Below are positions 9,286 through 19,369 of a stretch of 64,000 nt of DNA, piece after piece. Every line of letters starts with the position of its first letter. Within the stretch, counting starts at the first letter, position 1. Under the pieces are notes generated by a model that did not search any database, was not told the DNA's origin, and saw nothing but the letters and a program-made list of their open reading frames with translations. The stretch is from Candidatus Moraniibacteriota bacterium. GTDB lineage: Bacteria > Patescibacteriota > Minisyncoccia > Moranbacterales > GCA-2747515. The DNA is taken from positions 3,438 to 67,437 of the forward strand of contig JBBQZC010000006.1 of the NCBI GenBank assembly GCA_038208115.1, read 5' to 3'. The translations under genes were made by a program, and so were the position numbers.

Positions 9286-12135
9286 ATGAAATCACAAAAA
9301 AACTTGTGCAAGAAAATATTCCCCGTTAAAAAAAGAACTTCAGATCCACATCGTATTTTTATACATAATGCGCGTGTCAATAATTTGAAGAATGTGACTG
9401 TTGATATGCCTCGTGATCAGATGACTGTAATAACAGGTCTCTCGGGCTCAGGTAAGAGCTCGCTTGCGTTTGATGTGGTTTATGCAGAGAGCAATCGACG
9501 GTTTATGGAAAGCTTATCTTCACATGCACGAAGCATTATGGGTGTGATGACAAAGCCTGATGTTGATCGTATAGAAAACATCTCTCCAGCGATCGCGATC
9601 GATCAAAAAAGTGTGAGTAAGAGTATCCGATCGACGGTGGGTACAATGACAGAAATATATGACTATTTGCGCATACTTTATGCGTCAGTAGGCACTCCTC
9701 ATTGTCCGATGACAGGGCGTCCTCTCAAAAGAAAAAGTGTGCGCGATATTGTTTTGGGTATTATGAATGCGCCTGGAGGAACTGTTATATCTATTTTATC
9801 GCCAGTGACAGTTGAATCCAAAAAAAATACAGAAGCTTTACAAAATATAAAAAAAGAGGGCTATGCACGTGTTCGATTTAATCATAAAATCATGTCTGTT
9901 GCGGATGCTATGCTCGTTGTAAGCGATACTGTATCGGTTGATATTGACGTTGTGATTGATCGTTTTGTGCATAAGGCAAGCATTCTTGATCGTGAGTGTG
10001 TTATGGATTCAGTAGAGACTGCCATGAAACTTTCTAGTGGCGTGTGTATCGTGACATATAACGATCGTGTGGAGGAGGAATATTCTCGCGATTATTATTG
10101 TAAAGAATCAGGCTTTCGTATGTCTGAGGTTACACCACGGTGTTTTTCATTTAATAATCCAGATGGTGCATGTCCTGATTGTGATGGTCTCGGTATTAAA
10201 AATGAGATCGATCCCTCCTTACTTATTCCAAATACAAATTTGTCTATAGAGGAAGGGGCAATACATATTTGGAGTAAGTCAGGTGGAAAAAATACGTCAT
10301 ACAGTAAGCATAAAAAATGTTTAGAAAAAATTGCCAAAAAATATCGTTTTTCCTTATCAGAGCCAGTTAAAAATATATCAAAATCAAATATCGCGATTAT
10401 TTTTTATGGTGTGCCAGTAGATCGTAAAGGAGATGATGATTTCAAAGGTGTCATCCATGATCTGGAAGAGCGATATAAAAATACGAAGTCAGAATATATG
10501 CGAAAAGAGCTGGAGAGATATATGACAGAGCGGACATGTGTGATGTGTGAAGGTAAAAGACTTAAAAGAGAATATCTGGCAGTAACAATTGGTGAGAAAA
10601 CAATTCATGATTTTGTGTCGCTACCATTGTGTCATTTTATTGATGCGGTAGTAGACATGCAGAAATCAAATCATTTTACAAAAGAAGAAAGACTCATTGT
10701 TGATGCAATTTCTAATGAGATGTTAACGCGTGTGCAAGCCTTGTGTGATGTTGGTGTTGAATATCTTACGCTCTCTCGTTCTAGTAAGACATTGTCTGGT
10801 GGGGAAGCACAGCGTATTCGACTTGCTGTACAGATCAAGTCAGATCTTACAGGTGTAATTTATGTATTAGATGAACCAACTGCTGGACTCCATAGTCGTG
10901 ATACGATGCGACTATTGGCAGCAATGAAGCGACTGCAAGAGGCGCATAACACACTTATTGTAGTAGAACATGATGCAGATGTGATGAAAAAAGCAGATTG
11001 GATCGTTGATATGGGTCCAGGGGCTGGTGAAGATGGTGGTACGCTTGTTTTTTCTGGCACACTAGCGCAGATGATGAAATCGAAAACGGCAACAGCACAA
11101 TACATGTCAGGGGCAATTCGTATTTCTGATAAAAAAACGAAGCGAAAACCTACAGATCAAATGATCACAATCATTGATGCACATGAAAATAACTTAAAAA
11201 ATATTTCAGTTGAATTTCCCCTGGGAGTATTCATGACTGTCTGTGGAGTTTCAGGGAGTGGAAAGTCAACACTTGTGCATGCAATTTTGTCGCGTGTGCT
11301 TGCACAGAAATTTCATCGATCCACAGTTGAGCCAGGACGCTATAAAAAGATCATGGGATTGCAATATATCAATAAAGTGATAACAATCGATCAGAATCCG
11401 ATTGGGCGTACGCCACGATCAAATACAGCAACATATACAGGTGTATTTACACACATACGAGATCTTTTTGCGTCAACAGAAAGTGCAAAAGAAAAAGGTC
11501 TTGATGCAAGTCATTTTAGCTTCAATATGCGAGGAGGTCGTTGTGAGGCATGTCGTGGAGATGGTATGGTGAAAGTGGAGATGCATCTTTTGCCTGATAT
11601 GTATGTGCCATGTGAAGCATGTGGCGGAAGTCGCTATAATAGTAAAATACTGGAGATTGAATATAATGGTGTGACTATAGCCGATGTTTTAGGCATGAGT
11701 GTCGAATATGCATATGAGTTTTTTAAAAGTCATTTTTTAATCACAGAAAAACTGTCCGCGATGAAAAAAGTAGGACTTGGATATATTCATTTAGGCCAAA
11801 GCGCTACAAATCTTTCTGGTGGGGAAGCGCAACGTATTAAATTGGCAACAGAACTTGCACGAAAATCAACAGGTAAGACATTATATATTTTGGATGAACC
11901 GACAACAGGATTGCATTTTGATGATACGAAGAAACTTTTACGCATGTTGGATAATCTTGTAGATAAAGGCAATACTGTGCTGGTTGTTGAACACAATATC
12001 GATGTGATCAAACATTCTGATTGGGTTATTGAGCTTGGTCCGGATGGTGGAGAAAACGGTGGAGAAATAATTTTTGCAGGCAATCCAGAAAAACTAAAGA
12101 AAGTCAAAAATAGTCCTACGGCAAAATTTTTATAA
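9286..12135 (+). CDS. uvrA: Excinuclease ABC subunit A (UvrA)
   Basis: 949 aa with two ABC ATPase modules. Contains 'GLSGSGKSSLAFD', 'LSGGEAQRIRLA', 'GVSGSGKSTL', 'LSGGEAQRIKLA' and Zn-finger Cys pairs (CPDCDGLG, CEACRGDG). Confidence 0.95.
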   Translation: MKSQKNLCKKIFPVKKRTSDPHRIFIHNARVNNLKNVTVDMPRDQMTVITGLSGSGKSSLAFDVVYAESNRRFMESLSSHARSIMGVMTKPDVDRIENISPAIAIDQKSVSKSIRSTVGTMTEIYDYLRILYASVGTPHCPMTGRPLKRKSVRDIVLGIMNAPGGTVISILSPVTVESKKNTEALQNIKKEGYARVRFNHKIMSVADAMLVVSDTVSVDIDVVIDRFVHKASILDRECVMDSVETAMKLSSGVCIVTYNDRVEEEYSRDYYCKESGFRMSEVTPRCFSFNNPDGACPDCDGLGIKNEIDPSLLIPNTNLSIEEGAIHIWSKSGGKNTSYSKHKKCLEKIAKKYRFSLSEPVKNISKSNIAIIFYGVPVDRKGDDDFKGVIHDLEERYKNTKSEYMRKELERYMTERTCVMCEGKRLKREYLAVTIGEKTIHDFVSLPLCHFIDAVVDMQKSNHFTKEERLIVDAISNEMLTRVQALCDVGVEYLTLSRSSKTLSGGEAQRIRLAVQIKSDLTGVIYVLDEPTAGLHSRDTMRLLAAMKRLQEAHNTLIVVEHDADVMKKADWIVDMGPGAGEDGGTLVFSGTLAQMMKSKTATAQYMSGAIRISDKKTKRKPTDQMITIIDAHENNLKNISVEFPLGVFMTVCGVSGSGKSTLVHAILSRVLAQKFHRSTVEPGRYKKIMGLQYINKVITIDQNPIGRTPRSNTATYTGVFTHIRDLFASTESAKEKGLDASHFSFNMRGGRCEACRGDGMVKVEMHLLPDMYVPCEACGGSRYNSKILEIEYNGVTIADVLGMSVEYAYEFFKSHFLITEKLSAMKKVGLGYIHLGQSATNLSGGEAQRIKLATELARKSTGKTLYILDEPTTGLHFDDTKKLLRMLDNLVDKGNTVLVVEHNIDVIKHSDWVIELGPDGGENGGEIIFAGNPEKLKKVKNSPTAKFL

Positions 12136-12180
12136 AAACAAAATGTCAGTGAACGATAATTACTTTCTAATATTTTTGCT

Positions 12181-13113
12181 GTGGATAAGGTGTTATATAA
12201 AAATATTTTGGCTACGATTACATATTATGATGTTTTGGATTATCCATTAACAGCATTTGAAATATGGAAGTGTTTAATACGATGCACCACAGATCATAGT
12301 AATCAGTCATGGTCACTACAAGAAGTGTATGGTGCTATGTTGTCGCCAGAAATAAATCAATATATACAAGAAAGAAATGGTCTTTATATTTTATATGGCA
12401 GAGAACATCTTTTTGCATTGAGACGCAAAAGAGAATTTATAAGTTATAAAAAAATGGCACGTCTGCAAAGAATTATATTCTTTTTGCGGTGTAGTCCATT
12501 TGTGCGTATGATCTGCGTCACAGGTCGATTATCATATAATAATTGTGATAGAAAAAGTGATTTAGATCTACTGGTAGTGTATGAGAATGGGCATATTTGG
12601 ACGGGTCGTTTTTTCTTGACAATCATTACACATATATTGGGTGTGCGTCGTTATGATAAACACATTAATGATCGTATTTGCTTGAATTACCATATCACAA
12701 CAGATTCACTATGTGTTCCAACAAAGGATCTTTTTGCGGCACATGAATATTCTTTTATTATTCCAATTTATGACAGCGGGATATATGAGAAATTTGTTGC
12801 AGAAAATGCATGGATTTGTTCGTATAAACCGCACTATATTATGCAAGGTAGAAAATATGTTGCAAGCATGAGTGACCATGTCATTGCAAAATTCTTTCGC
12901 GTGACGGGAGAATGGATTTTGGGAGACAAAGGAATGGAATGTCGACTACGTCGTTTACAATCAGATAAAATTAAAAGTAATCCAAAAACTAATTCTCCTG
13001 GAGGCATTATCGTTTATAATAATCAGTATCTCATCTTTTTGCCAAGGCCACATGGACCACGTATATTTGAAGAATACAAACGTCGGTATAATGCTCTGGA
13101 GATTAATTTTTAA
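12181..13113 (+). CDS. Hypothetical protein with Pol-beta-superfamily nucleotidyltransferase-like motif (G-R-x11-SDLDLLVV); GTG start per track
   Basis: 'VTGRLSYNNCDRKSDLDLLVVYENG' fits the GS-x(9-13)-DxD motif of minimal/CD-type nucleotidyltransferases. No other recognisable domain. Confidence 0.4.
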   Translation: MDKVLYKNILATITYYDVLDYPLTAFEIWKCLIRCTTDHSNQSWSLQEVYGAMLSPEINQYIQERNGLYILYGREHLFALRRKREFISYKKMARLQRIIFFLRCSPFVRMICVTGRLSYNNCDRKSDLDLLVVYENGHIWTGRFFLTIITHILGVRRYDKHINDRICLNYHITTDSLCVPTKDLFAAHEYSFIIPIYDSGIYEKFVAENAWICSYKPHYIMQGRKYVASMSDHVIAKFFRVTGEWILGDKGMECRLRRLQSDKIKSNPKTNSPGGIIVYNNQYLIFLPRPHGPRIFEEYKRRYNALEINF

Positions 13114-13186
13114 TAAAGAATGCCATAAATTTTGTAGTAAAAAACACCGTTTATTGAGGAAAATAGGCATTATTTCTCATGTACCA

Positions 13187-13215
13187 TTGACAAAATAATA
13201 AAAATATGCTATAGT
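13187..13215 (+). promoter_or_regulatory. sigma70-type promoter TTGACA-N17-TATAGT
   Basis: 'ttgaca aaataataaaaatatgc tatagt' lies 25 nt upstream of the ORF at 13241. Confidence 0.5.
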
Positions 13216-13240
13216 AATTGGTTCAATTATTTTACAATAA

Positions 13241-13720
13241 TTGCATTCTAAATACATTAAGATTTCAAGTATGTATTACTCTAGTTTTATTATTTTGTTT
13301 ATAGTATGGGCTTTTTCGCCCATCGGTGCAATTGCGAATTCTGTGGAGACGATTCCATATGACAATGATCTGATTGGAGATGCACGATATGACTTTGCTC
13401 ATTCTGTAGAATATCTTGTAGAAGGACACTCAATGGAATCATACGGTTTTATGGATGGCACGCGAGTTGATGTTGTGCCTGCTACCACATTTCAGGTTGG
13501 TGATGTTATTGCTTTTGAATGTACTTTTGACAAGTGCAACGGAGCCTATGTTAAAAAAATCATAAAGAAAGACGGTGAGTGTTATTGGGTGGAAGGACGA
13601 AAAGATGTGTGGGAAGAGAATGGTTCACGACGTCAATCTATGGATTCACGTACGACATATGGATGGTTATGTAATAACGATATTTCAATTTACGGCGTTG
13701 CTTTTCCTCAGAAAGGATAA
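13241..13720 (+). CDS. Signal peptidase I-like (S24/S26 family) serine peptidase, membrane-anchored
   Basis: N-terminal hydrophobic helix. 'GHSMESYG' resembles the GDSM catalytic Ser motif. 'KKIIKKDGE..W..GSRRQSMDSRTTYGWL' resembles the S26 box E 'GDNRxxSxDSRxxG'. Confidence 0.5.
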   Translation: MHSKYIKISSMYYSSFIILFIVWAFSPIGAIANSVETIPYDNDLIGDARYDFAHSVEYLVEGHSMESYGFMDGTRVDVVPATTFQVGDVIAFECTFDKCNGAYVKKIIKKDGECYWVEGRKDVWEENGSRRQSMDSRTTYGWLCNNDISIYGVAFPQKG

Positions 13721-13810
13721 ATGATTATAAAAACAGTTCATCATATCAATATGATGAACTGTTTTTTTATTACAATGGTAAAATCTGGATAGAATGTTTT
13801 TGAGGTAATA

Positions 13811-14899
13811 CTAAAGGAGATGATCCATTTCTTGGTCTTTTAATGTGTCAATGATTTTTTTTACTTCATGTGCTTGACTGCGATGGGAGATGAGTATCGC
13901 GTCATCTGTATCAATTACGACGATGTTTTCTATACCGAGTGTTGCAATTGTTTTGGTGCCAGTGCTAAATATGAGACAATTTTTTGAATCAATATCACAT
14001 ACTTTTCCGCGTACAATGTTTTTTGTAATCTGATCACTTCGATGGAAGTTGTGGAGCGTTCGCCAGTTGCCGACATCACTCCAATCAAGATCTGCTGGTA
14101 CGACGAATCTTTCTTTTGCAGATAATTTTTCTAAAATAACAGTGTCGATTGGTTCCTTGGGGAGTTCTGCATAGATCTTGAGTTGTGATTCTGGGTCGTC
14201 CGTCGCATCAAGCTGTGTAAGTGCTGTCGTGATGTGCGGAGCGAACCTCTCAGTCATATCCAATAGTGTTTTTGCTTTGAATACAAAATATGCTGCATTC
14301 CATAGATATGACCAATGTGCTAAATATTTTTTAGCTGTTTTTTGATCAGGTTTTTCTTTAAATGCAATCGCCTCAAAGGCACTTTTTTTATAATTTTTTT
14401 TAATTTCTGATCCCATTTGGATATAGCCGAGTTCTGTGCTCGGTTCGGTTGGCGTGATACCGATAAGACCAAACATTTCTGGATGATCTTCAATTACCGC
14501 AAAAGCTGCTTGCACCGTACATAGATATGAACCAGGATTTTTGATTGCATGATCTGATGGTGTAGTAGTGATGATCGCGTCAGCATTTTTTTTATAAATG
14601 GTCTTTGCTACTAGTGCAATCGCAGGTGCTGTATCGCGACCACATGGTTCGATGATAATATTTTCTGGTGCAATATGTGGAAGTTGTGCTCTTACAAGAT
14701 CTACAAGTTGTTCTGTTGTGGAGACGTAGATTTGGTCAATGTGGTCTGCTAGAGGAGATACTCGATCGTATGTTTCTTGAAATAGTGTACGATCTTCACT
14801 TGTGAGATTTTGAAATTGTTTTGGATTGTCTTTGCGAGAGAGCGGCCATAATCGAGTGCCAGATCCTCCTGCCATGATAACAACATAATGATTATTCAT
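13811..14899 (-). CDS. Mannose-1-phosphate guanylyltransferase-like sugar nucleotidyltransferase
   Basis: N-terminal 'VIMAGGSGTRLWPLSR' NTP-transferase signature. Length 362 aa is typical of the ManC/GMP family without the isomerase domain. Confidence 0.75.
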   Translation of the reverse strand: MNNHYVVIMAGGSGTRLWPLSRKDNPKQFQNLTSEDRTLFQETYDRVSPLADHIDQIYVSTTEQLVDLVRAQLPHIAPENIIIEPCGRDTAPAIALVAKTIYKKNADAIITTTPSDHAIKNPGSYLCTVQAAFAVIEDHPEMFGLIGITPTEPSTELGYIQMGSEIKKNYKKSAFEAIAFKEKPDQKTAKKYLAHWSYLWNAAYFVFKAKTLLDMTERFAPHITTALTQLDATDDPESQLKIYAELPKEPIDTVILEKLSAKERFVVPADLDWSDVGNWRTLHNFHRSDQITKNIVRGKVCDIDSKNCLIFSTGTKTIATLGIENIVVIDTDDAILISHRSQAHEVKKIIDTLKDQEMDHLL

Positions 14900-15023
14900 T
14901 AAAATAATTCGAAAAATAATTACTGGGAGTATTATACCATTTTTTAGAAATTGCAGTAAATGATTGACTAAATGTTATAAAAATGATAATCTGATACGTG
15001 GTTCTTTTGAGGAGGGGTGACAT

Positions 15024-15503
15024 ATGAAAACTAATATTGTGATAAAGGAGACTCACGATATGCACATTTGTGACAAGATCGTAAGAGGAATAGGCCTGAT
15101 TCTCGTTGCAAAAAATACAGGGAGGGTATACACGGTACGAGAATTAGAGGCAAAGCCAATCATTCATAAGGAGGCGGGTATGATATCGTTTCCTCTGGAA
15201 ACTATCAAGCCACCTGAGACATGTCGTGAAACTATACGGCGACTGGTAGAAGAGGAAATTTCAGGGTGTTCTCATGAGAGTATTGCTAATCTTTCCATTA
15301 GTCCGGAATTCGTCATGATTGTCCCAGGTGTGCATGCACATATTGCATGGGGATATTGCGAAAAAGAATTTTGCGCAAAGCCGCAGGACGATGATGTGGC
15401 ATATCATGGATGGTGTACAATTTCAGAATTACTATCAGAAAAAAGCTTTGTACGTGTAGAAACGCGACCATTGCTTGGAATCTATTTGAATGTGTGTAGA
15501 TAA
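15024..15503 (+). CDS. Nudix-like hydrolase (degenerate Nudix box)
   Basis: 'ISFPLETIKPPETCRETIRRLVEEEISG' resembles the Nudix box 'GG.vE.gE....A.REl.EEtG'. Confidence 0.4.
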   Translation: MKTNIVIKETHDMHICDKIVRGIGLILVAKNTGRVYTVRELEAKPIIHKEAGMISFPLETIKPPETCRETIRRLVEEEISGCSHESIANLSISPEFVMIVPGVHAHIAWGYCEKEFCAKPQDDDVAYHGWCTISELLSEKSFVRVETRPLLGIYLNVCR

Positions 15504-15542
15504 TACCCAAAAAGACATGTCAGTGTGACATGTCTATTTTTT

Positions 15543-16364
15543 TTATAACGTGATATGTGTCGAGGCGATTTTTATATCTGATAAAATGTCATAATATTTT
15601 TTTGGTTTTGTACCGTTGAAAATGACGATCTCTTCTAATATGTGTGGATGATCGATAAATGTTTGAAATGCAGTGAGTTTTCCTTTTAATCCGCCAGTCA
15701 CATCGGTATTGTGAGATTTTTCGATTGAGATTGACGTGTCATTAAATATATCTCGAAGAGAAATATCTGGAATTAGTTGTGCATCTGGAAATGTGTGAGG
15801 ATCCTTATTAAATACGCCATCGACGTCTGTTGCAAATAATACTTTTTTAACAGGAAGGTTTTGTGCAAGGTATGCAGCGCTCGTGTCTCCAGAACAAACA
15901 GAATATTCTAATAATGTATCATGCACCATGTCGCCATAGAGAACGGGAATACACTTTGATGCTAAAATTGATTGGATGATAGGAATGTTACATGTGATTA
16001 TTTTTTTATTTTCTTGTGTGATGAGTGCTCCTGTGTGTGCTGGTATGACAGGAATATTATTTTTTAAGAATGTGTCGCATATTGCCGTGTTTAATTTTTG
16101 ATTTACAAGACGTGTTTCGCAAACTGCCCGAATTTTCACAGGATCATGATTTGTGCCATGAAAAAGATCATATGTATGTGCGAGGTGATGTCCGGGACCA
16201 CCGGCTCCGTGAATGATGATAAATTGTCTAAGTGGGTTTTCAACAATATATTGGTATAATTCTTTTGCAATATCGTCCAGAAGCACACTATGAATCATGA
16301 GCTCACGTGAACTTTTGTCAGTAATAATGCTCCCACCAAATTTGATAATAAAAATCTCTTGCAT
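15543..16364 (-). CDS. Isopentenyl phosphate kinase (amino-acid-kinase fold)
   Basis: 'IIKFGGSIITDK', 'IIHGAGGPGH', 'SGDT', 'ATDVDGVF' and 'DVTGGLKGK' reproduce the IPK signature blocks (KLGGS..DK / HGGG.FGH / SGD / ATDVDGV / DVTGGM). Confidence 0.7.
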   Translation of the reverse strand: MQEIFIIKFGGSIITDKSSRELMIHSVLLDDIAKELYQYIVENPLRQFIIIHGAGGPGHHLAHTYDLFHGTNHDPVKIRAVCETRLVNQKLNTAICDTFLKNNIPVIPAHTGALITQENKKIITCNIPIIQSILASKCIPVLYGDMVHDTLLEYSVCSGDTSAAYLAQNLPVKKVLFATDVDGVFNKDPHTFPDAQLIPDISLRDIFNDTSISIEKSHNTDVTGGLKGKLTAFQTFIDHPHILEEIVIFNGTKPKKYYDILSDIKIASTHITL

Positions 16365-16468
16365 ATGATAAAATATATGTAATTGACGGTCTGGGTATCT
16401 CCCTGTATATTTACGGTAGTATTTTGAATAGTGTTTGTCAACTCGTTGTAATTTTTTAAAAAAAGGTT

Positions 16469-17671
16469 ATGAATAATTTGAAATCATTTACAGCGTTGTT
16501 GCCGAGGCGTAAGACGCGAGTGGTAATGGTCGGAAACATAGGAATCGGTGGTGATGAGCCGATCCGCGTGCAGACCATGACAAATACTGACACTTTAGAT
16601 GTAGAAACGACAGTTGCACAAATCATGCGATGTGTGGATGCCGGATCTGAGTTGGTCCGTATTACCACACCAACAGTTAAGCATGTGCACGCACTAAAAG
16701 AGATTAAAGATATTTTAAAGGAAAAATTTGATTGCGAAGTACCGATTGTTGCAGATATCCATTTTGATAAAGCTGCCGCTTTTGAGGCATTAAAATATGC
16801 AGACAAGATCCGATTAAATCCAGGAAATCTCTTGGATAGTCGTGGTAGCGGTGATATGGTTTTGACAGATGCAGAATATCAGAAAGAGCTTGAGAGAATC
16901 GAAGATGGGCTACAACCGTTTATTATAGAATTACAAAGAACGAAAAAACCGATTCGTATCGGAACGAACTGGGGATCACTCTCAGGTCGCATTCTTGGTA
17001 AGTATGGTAATACATCTTTAGGTCTTGTGGAAAGTGTGATGGAGTATTTGCGTGTATTCAAAAAATATGATTTTCATGAGATTGTAGTAGCAATCAAGGC
17101 ATCTGACCCAATCATTATGATCGAGTCAAATCGATTACTTGCATACAAAATGGATCAAGAAGGCATGGATTATCCAATACATTTGGGCGTGACTGAAGCT
17201 GGTAGTGAAGATGATGGACGAGCCAAATCCACAATTGGAATTGGAACGCTTCTTCTCGAGGGTATTGGTGATACATTACGTGTGTCGCTAACAGAACCAC
17301 CAGAGGATGAAATCCCTGTGTGCTTTACTATTTTGCAAGCAACCAAACGTCGCATCTCCAAAACAGAATTTATCTCATGCCCATCATGTGGGAGAACACT
17401 TTTTGATATTGCAACAGTAACAAAACGGATCAAAGAACGGTTGGGGCATTTGGTGGGTGTTAAAATTGCTGTGATGGGTTGTATCGTCAATGGTCCTGGA
17501 GAAATGGCAGATGCAGATTTCGGTTATGTAGGAGGCGCACCTGGTAAGATCAGTTTGTATTATGGCAAAGAAGTAATCCAAAGAAATTTGCCTGAGGAAG
17601 AAGCTATTGAAGAGCTTATTGCACTTATCAAAGAAAAGGGAAAGTGGATTGATGTGACTCTTAATACATAG
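16469..17671 (+). CDS. ispG: 4-hydroxy-3-methylbut-2-enyl diphosphate synthase IspG (GcpE)
   Basis: 'RIGTNWGSL', the 'CPSCGRT' [4Fe-4S] Cys motif and 'VMGCIVNGPGEMADADFGYVG' are present. Confidence 0.9.
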   Translation: MNNLKSFTALLPRRKTRVVMVGNIGIGGDEPIRVQTMTNTDTLDVETTVAQIMRCVDAGSELVRITTPTVKHVHALKEIKDILKEKFDCEVPIVADIHFDKAAAFEALKYADKIRLNPGNLLDSRGSGDMVLTDAEYQKELERIEDGLQPFIIELQRTKKPIRIGTNWGSLSGRILGKYGNTSLGLVESVMEYLRVFKKYDFHEIVVAIKASDPIIMIESNRLLAYKMDQEGMDYPIHLGVTEAGSEDDGRAKSTIGIGTLLLEGIGDTLRVSLTEPPEDEIPVCFTILQATKRRISKTEFISCPSCGRTLFDIATVTKRIKERLGHLVGVKIAVMGCIVNGPGEMADADFGYVGGAPGKISLYYGKEVIQRNLPEEEAIEELIALIKEKGKWIDVTLNT

Positions 17672-17732
17672 ATATTTAAAATGGATGGTTTAAAATTACT
17701 CATACGTTTATAAAACATATTATTATTTTTTT

Positions 17733-17762
17733 TGATATTATGATATAATGTGTCTATAATAA
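17733..17762 (+). promoter_or_regulatory. sigma70-type promoter TTGATA-N17-TATAAT upstream of 17779
   Basis: 'ttgata ttatgatataatgtgtc tataat'. Confidence 0.4.
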
Positions 17763-17778
17763 AAATTAATAAAAAAAA

Positions 17779-18405
17779 ATGAAACACAACATTCTCATCG
17801 CGACTCTCGGTGTTCTTGCGTTGGCTGTCATTGGTCTTATAGCGTATATTGCACTCAAGCCAGATCGTGTTGTAGCGCCGGTGGCGATGCAGCAGAAGAC
17901 GGTGACACAAAAAAGTGCTGGACAATCAGTTGATGTAAAAGATGAAAATAATAAAATACAAGTGCAATCTGAAAAACAAGTTGCATCGATAGATGCACAA
18001 AAATATTTAAGCATAAAGGAGTTTGGTATTCAAGTTCCTGTAAGTGTAGTGATGTACGATGATTTAAGCGTAAAAATAATTAAAGACGAAAATTCTGATT
18101 GTGTAAACATTTACTCTAAAAAATTAAGCAATATTCACCAATATTGTTCCAAGGATGGTTTTTATCATGTGTGTAAGCTTGTTGGCAAAACAACAGATAA
18201 AGAATATGCAGACTGGCCAGGAGGTGCTCCAGTCGGAATGCAGTTTAATGGATTTTTCATTACAAGTTCTCGTAGTAGCGATTATTGTGTTGTGGGTGAT
18301 AATGCAGGTGAAACTAACATACAAGAAAAAACCAATATGCAATTGCAAGATAATATTAGTGCAGAATTTGGAAAAGCGCTAGTAAGTGCTGAGCCAATCA
18401 ATTAG
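17779..18405 (+). CDS. N-terminally anchored exported hypothetical protein (member of MKHN(I/L)LIA.. signal-anchor family)
   Basis: N-terminus 'MKHNILIATLGVLALAVIGLIAYIALKPDRVVAPVAMQQK' parallels the N-termini of ORFs 20030 and 20608. Confidence 0.55.
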   Translation: MKHNILIATLGVLALAVIGLIAYIALKPDRVVAPVAMQQKTVTQKSAGQSVDVKDENNKIQVQSEKQVASIDAQKYLSIKEFGIQVPVSVVMYDDLSVKIIKDENSDCVNIYSKKLSNIHQYCSKDGFYHVCKLVGKTTDKEYADWPGGAPVGMQFNGFFITSSRSSDYCVVGDNAGETNIQEKTNMQLQDNISAEFGKALVSAEPIN

Positions 18406-18545
18406 ATAATGAAGTTTTACGTGCATTTTTTGAGCAAATTTGAAAGTGAACATGAATAAGAGGTAAGAGATGATGGATGAAGTATGAAAGGTGCACTGTC
18501 TGATAGTTTCATATTTGAGTAAATAATATTTTTTCAAAAGAGAAA

Positions 18546-18572
18546 AACGCCGTAAAAACGGTGTTTTTCTAT
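18546..18572 (+). terminator. Putative rho-independent terminator
   Basis: 'aacgccgtaaaaacggtgtttttc' hairpin followed by a T-run. Confidence 0.4.
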
Positions 18573-18583
18573 GTATTAAGATA

Positions 18584-18612
18584 TTGACATATATGCATAA
18601 ATATGCTATAAT
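18584..18612 (+). promoter_or_regulatory. Perfect-consensus sigma70 promoter TTGACA-N17-TATAAT
   Basis: 'ttgaca tatatgcataaatatgc tataat'. Confidence 0.6.
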
Positions 18613-18668
18613 ATAAAATATTGTTCGTTAATTCCATTTATTTAAAAAGCCTCAAGGAGGGCAGAGTC

Positions 18669-19058
18669 ATGAAAAGCATGAATTATGTGTTTTGTATGGT
18701 TATATTTTTAAGCGTGGCATTCGATATCGCTCAAGTGTTTGCCGAAGACAAGTTAATTGTTGGGGATACTCTAACACCATACAAAGTTGAGGCTGACAAT
18801 CAAGTCGTGTGCGGTTCACAAGTTACAATGCACTTTGATGCACGCAAATCAGTCAAGGAATTTAGCACGGCGATGATGATGGTTTGTCTCTCAAAGGAAG
18901 ATGTCTTGAGACTTTTAAATGAGCAGGGATATATTCCTATCAAAGATGTTGAAGAAATGACCGGATATCACTTTGCTTCAGGCAAAGGACCAATCACAGA
19001 AAAATTGTTCAAAGATGTTGCAAGTGGAAGAGATGTATTTTCACATCTTTTCAAATGA
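18669..19058 (+). CDS. Small secreted protein (paralog A). Start moved to the ATG 8 nt after AAGGAGG; the track start is 18621
   Basis: RBS 'aaggagg' at 18654-18660. Signal-peptide-like 'MKSMNYVFCMVIFLSVAFDIAQVFA'. Paralogous to ORF 19370 ('MVCLSKEDVLRLLNEQG' vs 'IMCRSKDDVMQLLAEQDG'; 'ITEKLFKDVASGRDVF' vs 'MTEKLFSEYLSGRERY'). Confidence 0.6.
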   Translation: MKSMNYVFCMVIFLSVAFDIAQVFAEDKLIVGDTLTPYKVEADNQVVCGSQVTMHFDARKSVKEFSTAMMMVCLSKEDVLRLLNEQGYIPIKDVEEMTGYHFASGKGPITEKLFKDVASGRDVFSHLFK

Positions 19059-19065
19059 TTCTAAG

Positions 19066-19109
19066 ACCGACCTATTGCATTTACATATGCGATAGGTCGG
19101 TATTTTTTA
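19066..19109 (+). terminator. Rho-independent terminator
   Basis: 10-bp stem 'accgacctat/ataggtcggt' followed by 'attttttat'. Confidence 0.6.
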
Positions 19110-19229
19110 TAGAAATTCTATTTCCATTTTATTTGCACTGGCCATCATATCGAGATTTCATTTTAGGTTGAAGGTGTGATCAATATTTATTACTTTTTAC
19201 GACAATATTTGATATAAAAGTGATTTTTA

Positions 19230-19262
19230 TTGTTACCTTTTCGCGTCTTGGTCGTTATATAT
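19230..19262 (+). promoter_or_regulatory. ECF-sigma-type promoter motif copy 1: TTGTTAC-N16-CGTTATATAT
   Basis: Exact motif. Identical -35/-10 elements with a 16-nt spacer recur at 19907 and 21666. It lies ~75 nt upstream of the RBS of ORF 19370. Confidence 0.6.
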
Positions 19263-19369
19263 AGCACATGGTTCACATTTGAGATTAGACTAGTTATTTT
19301 TAATATGCAACGATGGATTGACATATTTAGGCAGTTTATGAATTTTCCCAAAAAACGGAGGTAGGAGAA

